DNA of 63,013 nt, the filler included, from Choristocarpus tenellus KU-1152 (lineage: Eukaryota; Protista; Phaeophyceae), in assembly GCA_964200185.2 (NCBI GenBank). It is 10 parts of 10 records of this genome, joined end to end, with 100 filler letters (N's around TTAATTAATTAA, not from the genome) between each part and the next. Parts side by side here need not be neighbours in the genome. Positions count along the whole stretch, not along the records: positions 52,954 to 57,608 come from CAXNAD020013605.1; positions 57,709 to 63,013 come from CAXNAD020011211.1; 8 more parts are not named here. The stretch is one strand, 5' to 3'. A program made the translations under genes and the position numbers. Under the pieces are notes generated by a model, which did no database searches, was not told the origin of the DNA, and was given only the letters and a program-made list of their open reading frames with translations. Of this stretch, positions 53,036 to 63,013 are shown piece by piece (position 1 is the stretch's first letter; every line of letters begins with the position of its first letter).

Positions 53036-55606
53036 TTGGTCACGTTGTCAACTGGAATGTGGCTGTTTGTGTTGAGTAGTGTGTACTTCTACTGGTTCGG
53101 TGTCCCAGCCGCATTCTTCATAACCTACTTACTGCTATCCTATTTTGGCATCGTCGTCTGGGGGAAGGACTTCGATCCTTCAGAGCATGGAGAAATCTTG
53201 GCAAAAGCGACAGAGGAGGCCTTCTTCCCCACTGTTGACATATTTCTACCTTGCTGTGGTGGGCCTTTATGTATGTTGGAGAACACGTACAAGTGCGTGC
53301 GGACGTTAGATGATCATCACGTTGCAGTTCATGTACTAGACGACGGGGCGACGGAGGAGGTCCGACACCTGGCCCAGCTGCACAGCTTCAACTACATAAG
53401 GTGACCCAACCGCCCAGTGCTGAAGAAGGCAGGTAAACTTAGGTCGGCATTTACACAGACTACGGGGGATTTGATCATCGTCTTTGATGCAGACTTCTGT
53501 CCTCGAGCAGACTTCTTGAGGGAGACGATGCCATATTTCATGGACGAAAAGATTTCGATCGTGCAGATACCTCAGTTCTTCCGACACCAGGCCAAGCAGA
53601 CATGAGTGGAGCGTGGTGCGGGGGTGACGCAGGAACTTTTTTACGGTATGGTGCAGGTGAGAGTGGTATTTAACGCTTCCCAATCTTCGTACGTAAGGTC
53701 TTGTGATTATCAGTTACACCATTTCTCACCCATTGTGAAGATACAATATTTGCATGCCACTCGTGCAATCTTGTTTTGTTTTTGCATCCCTCTTCTCGCC
53801 TCTCGACCACGTTTTGATCGAAACCTTGAATCGTTCGGCCACAACTCAGCGATTTGATGTTGTTGCAGTATGTACAGGACTGTACTTCTTAGAGTACATG
53901 GCACACAACCACTCCCCAGTCAATCAATATCGACCTACTCATCAAATACTCGCCTCCATATATTTATCAAACACAACATTTCGTTACATAAACACACTTA
54001 ATTGCACAGAGGAACCCCCGTTTCTTCGCAAGCCCCACTGTCCTTGGGGAAACCCCACTGTCATACCTTTTTCACTTCTTCAAACGAAGCTTAGGGTTAT
54101 TTTCTACAACGAGGTTAGGGCTAGGGTTAGAGTTAGACTCTCCAAAATGAGATACAAAATGAGACAAGTGGTGGGTAGTTGAGGAATTGTGGTTCCTTAG
54201 TACACTCTATGCCTTCCACCACTTCTTCTATAATATTTCCTTGACTGGTTAGGGGTATTTTTCACTCACAGGTTAGAGTTAGAGGTGGGGTTTAGTTTTC
54301 AAATTTGAGTACGTACGAAAAAGCAAAGAGCAAAAGTATCTTAGAGGGTAGAGCCGCGTCTATTTGGGGGGAAAAAATCATTGTTGCGATTTTGATAAAA
54401 TTTTCGCTATCGTGTTTGTTAGGAAGTGTCAATATCGTTGTTCCGGACACACCTTTTCATAAAGTGTACATTTCACTGACTCCCAAACATTTTGGTGAAG
54501 GAAATGTATTTAAAAAACCCATGGAAAGCCAAGCCCCAAATGGGCAAACAGGGCAAAACTCGTATCCTCTCTAAGATACTTTCACTCAAAAAAAGGTATG
54601 ACAGATGTTCCCCCAGGACAGTCGGGGTTCCCGAAGACAGGGGGGATTCCCCTGCGCACTGCAATGTTATGCATGTATTTCGACGTTCCTGTACCACTAC
54701 TAGGTTTTTTTATATTGCCCCAGCTTCCACTCCTTGTGGAATGGGGTTGAATGACATCCATCTCCTTCACGACATTCTGTCTACATACTCCTCCCTCCTC
54801 TCGCCCGAAATCATCAAGGTGAACCGCAACTGGTTTGCTGCATCCATCTGTGTAGGCACATGTGGGTTGTATCGCCGAACGGCACTGGAGTTATTTGGAG
54901 GCACAGCAGCTATTCGCTACTCGGAGGATGTTCACACCGGCTTCAACTGCACCCAACTGGGGTATACTCTGTACCGTATTTGCCGGTGTGCTTGGCAATG
55001 GGAACTTGTCCTAGCGAGCCTAGAGGTTTTTTTGTACAGCAGTACCGTTGGTGTATGGGGAGTACGACATTGCTCCTTAATAAGGAGTTCTGGCATTCTC
55101 GATTAACTTTCATGCAGAAGCAGTGCTACCTGTCCGGCATGTTCTACTACTCGGCCACTGCCATCGGTATCTTTGTGGGGCCTATCCCAGGGTTACTACT
55201 TATCTGGATCAAGCCAAGTGCAGTGTTCTGGTATATTGTGTCATTTGCTGTTCCATCCATTGCATTCTCCGTGATTGCTATGCGTCTTTGGTCCAAGCAA
55301 AAATATGACAGCGCTTGCAACCGTGTGAAGGTCCTCCAGTATTTCGCTCACCTCTTCGCCATCAAAGACAAGCTGATGGGCACTGCCATTCCGTGGATCC
55401 CCACTGGGGGTGGAGCAGCTTCTCGTTCTTCCTCCTCTGCATACGACAGTGCCATGAAGCTCATGGTGATTTGGGTCACCTTGCATACTGCATTTGTCAT
55501 TGCTGGCACTGCATGGCGCTATACGCAGTTCCCTTGGTATCACTTCTTACCCACATTAGTCCTTGCCCTTGGCAACTACGTCCAGAGCATCAGCATTTTG
55601 TTTTGA
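53036..55606 (+). pseudogene. Cellulose synthase-like GT2 (CesA/BcsA-type) pseudogene; exons ~53036-53656 and 54819-55606
   Basis: Motifs VDIFLPCCG, VHVLDDG, KKAG-LR, FDADF, IVQIPQFF, SED and QQYRW (D,D,D,QxxRW), plus TM helices. Disrupted by in-frame TGA at 53402-53404 and 53603-53605 and by a frameshift at about 54971-54976. Confidence 0.85.
54328..54587 (-). mobile_element. MITE family 1, full copy (inverted), TSD AAA
   Basis: Same TIRs; in the intron of the GT2 pseudogene. Confidence 0.92.
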
Positions 55607-56029
55607 TGCCAGTGTTTTGTGTAACAACTTCGGTGATGATGACCTAACCCGGATCCCAATTTCTTCCATAGAGTTTGAAACCTCTCTCGTAGAACTCTAC
55701 ACCTGTAAGGTTCAGTGAGTGGTGGGGGTTCCCAGATTTCTCATCGAGGTTACAACGAACGTTTGGTTATTCCTTTTTAAGCTTTTGCGTTGGCCTTTTA
55801 AGAATTGTTGGTTGTTGTTGTTCTTTCGATACCAGTTTTCTTGTGTGGTTTGTTTACTGTGTTATAGTTGAGCACTCGAATATTCTTTCGATTGTGTATG
55901 TTGGATCTCAAAAGGTTCTGCCTGTGTGTGGAATGTATTCTTGTTAGTGATTGAAGAGTATTGGGCTGAATTGAAGAGGTTTGCCAAGGTGTGTCACTTG
56001 GTGTAGTAGTAAATTTAGTGTGTAGTTGA

Positions 56030-57150
56030 AATGGTGTTTGTTTGTCTTCAACATACATACATACATACATACATAGCTGTGAGAATGTTCGAACTGTATT
56101 TTGTTTTCATAGTTGAGTATTTTGTTTTCCATTTTGGAAGTTATTATGTTGTGGTTTCTACAGAACAAAGGTGTTTTGTTCACTTGTTTGTTCAAGTAGA
56201 TCTTATTTTTTATGTGCATATATAAATAAGAACTAGGCAGAGAGTAAAACGATTTTGAGCCTGCCTTCCAAAATCCATTTTCAAGAGTTGAGTATCACCG
56301 CTTCGTACAAGGTAGGAAAAACGTATTTCCATAGGAAGTGTTAAAAGTAGTGTGTGAAGTTTAGGTTTGATTACTTGTGTGTAGTATTGACTCCTCCAGC
56401 TGTGACAATATGGATATATATTGAGGGGTAAACACATTCAGAAGGAGTTTTGTTCTAGGACCTTGTTGATACTGGTAGCGTTTTTTTTTTCCTTAAGGTG
56501 GTAGTGAATAGAAACGGGACTTCTCTGTCCCAATGCCCTCACTAGTTTTTTCGGTGTTTGGTATTTGTTGTATTTTCATTCAAACTTTTGAGAGGTTGAC
56601 GATGGTATTTGTTTTCCTTCAGCAACCTTCAGCATATATAAATAAATATGAGGATGTTCAAAGCAGTTGTACATTTTTCCACGGTCGAGTATTCTGTTTC
56701 ACATTTTTGGAAGTGGTCGTACACTCTTCCTACACTGCAGAAGTGATACATTTCTTCTAAATTCAAGTAATTATGTTTATTTGTGGGTTTATTATGTGAG
56801 AACTAGGGAGAGAGGGCAACGTGTTTGATGCCTCCCCTCCATAAATTCAGATACAAGAAGTCAGCATCACTGCTTCCTGGGGGTAGGAAAAGTTGTGTTT
56901 CTACGGGATGCAACAGAAATAGTGTGAAGTTAAAGGTTTGATTACTTTGTGTGTATTGTTGCCACTTACTGCTACAACATTGTGGATGATACATGTAGAT
57001 AATACATAAGGAGTAATCTTCTTGGATCGTTTTGATACTGGAAGTGTCCAAGTGCTATTCTCCTCTGAGTGCTAGTGACTAGAAAATGGACCTCTCTCTC
57101 CCCGATACCTTCCTCAGTTTGTAGTTTTTTCGTTTGTATTTTCATCATTT
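56030..57150. repeat. Diverged tandem duplication, ~575-bp unit x2
   Basis: Colinear shared blocks (GAACTAGG-AGAGAG, GGTAGGAAAA, AGGTTTGATTACTT, TGATACTGG, TAGTGA-TAGAAA). Confidence 0.7.
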
Positions 57151-57708
57151 TTTACAATTCCATTTTGTTACTATGTAGTGGTACCTTTCTCCTCTATCTC
57201 ACCTTCTAGCTAGGGGGCTGAGAGCCTTCAGACTAGCAACATTTTTTTATACACAAAATTATTCCCATGCTCCACGTTAGGCGTACGATCGTAGTAGTGC
57301 ATTATTTCTAGTGGTTGCCATTATTCAGCAAGATATAAGCTTGATTTACGAGCACTGCTTTGAAAATTTTGTTCGGTTTATCCCACAGATATATTTTATG
57401 TCTAACGGTCGCCCTGCATGCTCACACTTGCCTGGAATATTGTGTCATCCGCTGACACAAATGTGATTGTTCGCATATACGTATACAGTTGTGTTTTATT
57501 TTTGTTCTTACCCGACCCTAAACTGCAGGTGGGAGGACCTGTTAAGAATATGCTTTTTATTCATGTGTAAAAAAAGAAGATTCTGTAGAAGAAACAATTT
57601 ATGAATGANNNNNNNNNNNNNNNNNNNNNNNNNNNNNNNNNNNNNNNNNNNNTTAATTAATTAANNNNNNNNNNNNNNNNNNNNNNNNNNNNNNNNNNNN
57701 NNNNNNNN

Positions 57709-58200
57709 TATTGGTATAAAGTTAGGTAGTGTAGTGTGTCTATTGGTGTAGAGTTAGGTAGTGTAGTGTGTCTATTGGTATAGAGTTAGGTAGTGTAGTG
57801 TGTCTATTGGTATAGAGTTAGGTAGTGTAGTGTGTCTATTGGTATAGTTAGGTAGTGTAGTGTGTCTATTGGTGTAGAGTTAGGTACTGTAGTGTGTCTA
57901 TTGGTATAGAGTTAGGTACTGTAGTGTGTCTATTGGTATAGAGTTAGGTATTGTAGTGTGTCTGTTGGTGTAGAGTTAGGTAGTGTAGTGTGTCTATTGG
58001 TGTAGAGTTAGGTAGTGTAGTGTGTCTATTGGTATAGAGTTAGGTATTGTAGTGTGTCTGTTGGTGTAGAGTTAGGTAGTGTAGTGTGTCTGTTGGTGTA
58101 GAGTTAGGTAGTGTAGTGTGTCTATTGGTGTAGAGTTAGGTAGTGTAGTGTGTCTATTGGTATAGAGTTAGGTAGTGTAGTGTGTCTATTGGTCTAGAGT
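57709..58200. repeat. Minisatellite, 32-bp unit TATTGGTRTAGAGTTAGGTAGTGTAGTGTGTC
   Basis: About 15 head-to-tail units with no spacers. Confidence 0.95.
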
Positions 58201-58507
58201 TTGTTGTGCACAATGGGGCGTACTGTAATGTATTCTAATTGGTTCATTTTGGGGGGGGGGTTCACGGCACACTGTACCTTTGTTTGTCATTATTGGGGTT
58301 TTTTGTTCCTACCGTTATCGGCTTTGGGGTGGGTTGTTTCACGACCCTAACCCTTGTCCTGCTACAAAGTGTTATCATTTCTGTCCGAAATAGACATTTT
58401 GAGAGACTGGGAATCTATTCATCTATTTTGACGCAAAACGTTGTACTCATTATCCCCTCCTCCCTTCCCCTACCTGCACTTTTTGGGGGGGGTTATATTT
58501 TGAACAG

Positions 58508-59930
58508 AGTCTGGAGATGAATGGGAATGGCATCAGTGAGGAGGGTCTGGTTCATATTAGGCGTGTCCTTGAATCAGCACAAAAGGTGTGGACTAGCCCT
58601 AACCCTATTCTTATACTATACTAAAATGGGCATGTTTGTGTCTAGATTGAGTGATTTAAGAAAGGAGTTGATTGAAAATGAAAAGTAAGGACTAGTTAAA
58701 TGTGATATAAGAGAAGAGTTGATTGAAAATGAAAAGTAAGGACTTGTGTCTTGGGAGTGGCAACTCTGAATGAAACGTTCTTGTGTGAGAGAGAAAGGTG
58801 TTTGGTGAGGTGCAAGTGTCCTATCACCTCAATTGGGTGTTGATGCTCTTTTTTTTACTGGGGTGCCTGGTGTTCTTTTTACATTTTTATTTTTCTCAGG
58901 ACAGTTTGAATTTTGAAAATAAATGAGGTGAAGTACCCTATTAATATGTTCCTATGTTGTTATATATAAGTAGAGGGGGGTACTGTTGTGTTGTATTACA
59001 TGTTTCTCCCATTATATGATTTTATGAATTTGACTTGGAGGAAGAAAAAACTCAATTGTATTTACATATATGTGTAAGTTATGAATGTTGACAGGCTGAC
59101 TTGTGTGGTGTTCACCTCAAGTGTGTCGAGTGGGTGGTTGTGTTTTTTGTACTACTGGCAGTTACAACTTCATTTTTCTTTTTTACAGTTACAACTTTTC
59201 TTTATAACTGTGCTGCGAGGCACGGAAGGCCTTCCTTGATACCCAAGGGCAAATCAAGGATGACATAACTTGGTCCCTTCTGATGCGTTGTCATTGTCTT
59301 GACAATAGTTTTGTGTGAAAGTATCTTAGAGGGTACGAGTTTTCCCTTGTTTGTCCATTTGGGGCTTGGCTTCCCACGGGCTTTTAGTGACATGTTGCCT
59401 ACTACAAAATGTTTCAGAGTAGGTAGAATGTATATGTTATGAAAGGGTGTGTCCGGAATAAGGATATTGAGACACTTCCTAACAAACACAATAGTCAAAA
59501 TTACATCAAAATTGCAACACTGGATTTTGGGCCGCAAATGGACATGGCTCTACCCTAACCCTAAGATACTTTGACTCTTGTATTTTGGGAATTATCCCAA
59601 CATTCAGTCAAAGGGACTACACTCTATACTACTTCTCATGCAAACTACTATTGCTACTAATGCGACCAACTGTTGATCTACATGTAATTATACCGGCTCT
59701 TTTCGTGTCTTCCTTCTCACACATTGGGTTCACACTCCCAGCTTGATGTGCTAGGCGAAATGGATGACAATGATGAGGACTTTGTAGACGAAGATGATGA
59801 TGATGTTGAAGATGATGGGGCTGTAGAAGGGGGAGGGAGAGGAGGGGAGGGAGGTGGGAAGGAAGGAGTGCTTGAGGGGGGAGACGGAATGGATGAACTT
59901 ACTGCAGCTATGGGTGGAGTGACTGTCTGA
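58508..59930 (+). CDS. RANGAP: Ran GTPase-activating protein, last two exons: 58508-58585 and 59742-59930
   Basis: SLEMNGNGISEEGLVHIRRVLESAQK|LDVLGEMDDNDEDFVDEDDDD...DELTAAMGGVTV*: a final LRR, then a 'VLG-LD-ND' motif and acidic tail, as in RanGAP proteins. Phase-0 GT-AG intron. Confidence 0.78.
59313..59577 (+). mobile_element. MITE family 1, full copy
   Basis: Same TIRs; in the RanGAP intron; CCCTAA duplication inside the 3' TIR. Confidence 0.92.
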
Positions 59931-60899
59931 AAACGTCCCGTGTTGTGTAACTGTCTTGGTTCTTCTTGTGGAACTGGCGGCTCATCTCTGTGAGGGGAGT
60001 TTAATTGTCCACTCAGGCTGCCTGGCTTCTACTAGTCTGTTGCACATGAATTCTTGTGCCAGCTGGATTCTATGGAGAAGGTTCTGTGTGTGTTCCTTGT
60101 TTTGGTTGTGTAGAAGTGACTGGCTGCTTTTTGGCAGGCTTCGTAAGGTTTAGGGGGTTTAGTATTAGGGAGGTAGTTGCTGGATTATCAGTATCACTGG
60201 GAGAGGACATCAGATAGTGTAGCTAGATTTTAGTGTGATTGAAGTCCTGGCAACAACATGGAGAGAGAGTTCTGCCCGACAAGTGAAACCTTGCACCCTT
60301 GTATTCTGAGGGGAGGGTTTACTGAGATCACAGATGGGATGGGCTTGTATGCTCTGCTGAGACTTGTGTTTGTTTATTGGCTGGCTGGCTGGCTGGCTGG
60401 CTGGCTGTAGATCATGGTGTTGAAATCCTACCTAGTCATCCAAAAAAAGGTATAATAGTGTCTGGGGGTGTCGATTATTGGCAAGTGTTAATGCCAGTGC
60501 GGATTCTCCTCTTGCAGTCCAAGGTACATGTTGTGATGCTTCACCATGTCTCCGCTTTAAATATGACAATGTTGGGTTGACTCACTCTAGGTAGGTCTTG
60601 CACTGGAGGCAGCTGACTCTTGGTGGATGATGAGCAGAGTGTGATGTTTTTGAATCGAAATATTGTTTTCTTGTACGTGGTGATGGTTCCTTGCATTGAA
60701 GAGTTTTTGGAAGAGATTAGAAGAAGAAACCTTTGTCACTTAACGATACTTTTTACTCTCTTAAGTGACGAGCATGTTTCCTCTCCTGTTGTCTGAACTG
60801 GGGAATCAGATGACTCTTGTTTGTCCTGGGAATGACCCGCCACAGGGTCGATGAACCCTCAGCTGGTCTCTGTAACTGAAGAGCGCAACAAGACAATAC

Positions 60900-63013
60900 T
60901 TGGGCTTGGGTCCAACAGGACACGTTGAAATTCAAGTTGACTGTACCCCACGAAATATATAGCACAGCATATTTAGCTGTTTACTTACAACTGCCATGAA
61001 TAATCCCCGATTTTTGTGAACTAATAATGGTTTGTAGGATGGTGTGTGTGTGGCAGTGGAGAAGTAATCGCTGATGGTGGAAGTTATACCTTGAATAAGG
61101 TGCACCTAAAGTGGTGGAGGAATTCCCATGATCGTTCAGAGAACTGCCAACCAAAGTTGGCCCATTACATGGTTGTTTTCTTGGCTGTGACCTTAGATCA
61201 GCAAAATTGTTGATGCCCCTGTTGTTATCTGAAAAAAAGTCGAGATTCAGATACGGAGAATGCAACCAGTGTCTCATTCAACACCGTTCGAACCAAGTGG
61301 AAAGGTCACGTCGATTATTTTTAGTAGTCTTATCATTGGCTCGGTCGGCATAGATCTTGTGTAGTCCTATCCACTCGCCTTGTTACTAGTGATACATCTC
61401 GTTCTGTAGAAGGAATGCGCGGGTGAGATGTTGACCTTTGGATTCCTCGAGGAAGATGGGATGAGTAAGATCTTTCGATCAACAGCATACCCACTAAACA
61501 CAAGTCGTCACAATTTTATGGGGAGGGAGGTATGAAGTATACAAAAGCTGTACAGAGAGATTCCTCCTTGGTCAAACCTTTGCTAGGAAGGGTGGAGGCC
61601 GTGTGAAGAGCGTAGTTTGTACAAAACACTTGACTTTCCACGTCAATTACCCGTTCAGTATGACATTGTTTAAACTACCTGTAAGTACGTTAGGGTTGGT
61701 TATTACTAACGGAGACGTTTTGTCAAAAAAAAAATAGTTGAATTGACTCAACAGAAGAATACAAACCCGTAGGTCTTCGATATATTTTTTCTAAGGTTAG
61801 GGGTAGTTGAAGTATATCACCTGTGTCTCGGTACCTTCAGGCTCGCAAAATTCCTGTTCCAATCTCTTACTATCTATGTTGAAAAAAACATAAGGACACG
61901 TGTGCCTAAACAATGTAATACGCTAAAATGGATAGAAACCTTCGAACATTATTTGTTTCTCCTTTCTGAGAGTGTTTTATTGACAGATGCTAACACTAGA
62001 ATAATAAATGTTGATCATACATACCTCAACCTTCAAATTATTTTTTAAAAAATCGACCCTGAAGGGGAAAGGAGGTCAAGTTCGGGCGGGGTAGACGTCT
62101 TCTAGCTCAAAGGCATGGTATGAAGGGGATGATGAAGGGATGTTTTTGGATTGTGGAGTGGTGTGGGATTGAGTGGGGTTGAATGGTGTGGTACCAAAAC
62201 AATGTAGGTTTTGCAGCATTTTTGATTGGCTGGGATAAATCGGTAATTTCCATTGGATACTCTTTTATGAAATCAATAATCCGTTATAGAAAGGATTACT
62301 CTGCGAAAATCCTAGTGGGTGAATTTGGCTTCTAATCTGTAGAGAAAAAAATACAATACATAGTATATTAGAGAAGAGAGGTTAATTTGGTATGGGCAGG
62401 GGAGTGGGCATGTTTGTACAAATCAACGAGTTGATCGTCACCCATATATCCCCCCCAAAACGAGCCTTGCATATATGGGGCATTCGCAAGTCTACCTTAT
62501 ACGCTCAATAGTGGAAAGCTAGGCTGTGGACAAAGCCTTCCGCGTCACACCATTCTTTCTCTTATAAAAAAAAATAACTTAGCAACCTTGACCTCAGCTG
62601 GCCACCTAAAAAAGGGTGTATTCTCTCAGCGAAATATGAACTCATCCGTTGCCATAACGACGTCTCAACGAACCTGTAAGAGCTGTCCTTTGATGCATGG
62701 GACGTCGATTGCAGACGAAGCACCTGAAAGGACCGTTGTGTGTCCTAAGAAAGTCAGGCAAAAGTCTTCGACGAGCTCGATGTGGAAAGGGGTGAAATTG
62801 TTGATGCGTGGACATGATGCATAAACAGGTTGAGCCGTCATGACTGCTGCAAGAGTTCTTGTAAAGTCTGGCCTTGGGCAGGAACATGTTCGAATCACTG
62901 ATTTCCGGCGAAACCTGTCAAGTGAAATAACAATGTGATACACCAAAAACAGATCGGCGATGTAAGCGTGCGAATGGTGAGGAAGGACTAACTAGGCAAC
63001 GTCTATACCATGG
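60900..63013 (-). mobile_element. Probable decayed KDZ (Kyakuja-Dileera-Zisupton)-type transposase region
   Basis: Minus-strand fragments occur in the expected order: SWIM-like RTCSCP...CP(R)I (62946-62665), RFDQGG..YSFCILH (~61580-61530), QQGHQQFC...GWQFSERSWEFL (~61225-61115). There are many stops and frameshifts. Confidence 0.4.

Noticed and set aside
53402-53605. Two in-frame TGAs in the GT2 as selenocysteine or stop-codon reassignment
   Set aside because: They replace different expected residues (Arg and Trp), a frameshift is also present, and TGA ends RAE1 and RanGAP normally.
6225-57708. Recurring palindromic TTAATTAATTAA flanked by Ns, as a biological repeat or piggyBac TTAA site
   Set aside because: It is an identical 100-bp artificial linker with six-frame stops, added when the contigs were concatenated.
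57709-58200. 32-bp repeat array as CRISPR
   Set aside because: The units are head-to-tail with no unique spacers, there are no cas genes, and the context is eukaryotic and probably intronic.
27332-59577. MITEs as introner-like, intron-creating elements
   Set aside because: Copies lie inside larger introns, and their ends do not coincide with the splice sites used in the reconstructed genes.
825-59930. RAE1 and RanGAP, both nuclear-transport genes, as a functional cluster
   Set aside because: They lie on different contigs joined artificially, so no linkage can be inferred.
1-63013. Fanzor/TnpB, viral or prokaryotic defence genes
   Set aside because: I saw no RuvC/zinc-ribbon, capsid or operon-like ORFs in the ORF track or in manual reading. 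A profile search would be needed to exclude highly decayed copies.

Overview
Eukaryotic, intron-rich, repeat-rich DNA. It is most likely a brown alga or related ochrophyte; this is inferred from the gene families, intron style and interstitial TTAGGG runs. The window is not one locus. It is ten short contigs joined by artificial 100-bp linkers (44 N + TTAATTAATTAA + 44 N), so genes on different contigs are not neighbours. Spliced host genes that can be rebuilt by hand: the 3' end of RAE1 (825-1983,+), a helicase-associated (HA) repeat protein (18693-23468,+), 16 exons of an OSCA/TMEM63-like channel (26212-40283,-), a Kelch-repeat protein with a probable GC-AG intron (44406-49590,+), a pseudogenised cellulose-synthase-like GT2 (about 53036-55606,+) and the 3' end of RanGAP (58508-59930,+). 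The rest is mostly transposon-derived: mariner (DD39D-type), pogo/Tigger, Ty3/gypsy and gag remnants, and a probable decayed KDZ-type transposase. The most striking feature is about 24 copies or ends of five MITE-like families. They have unrelated interiors but share the terminal core G-R-S-Y-C-A-W-A-G-T-A and show mixed 3-4 bp target duplications, which does not fit cleanly into a superfamily I know. No CRISPR, rRNA or intact tRNA gene is supported.
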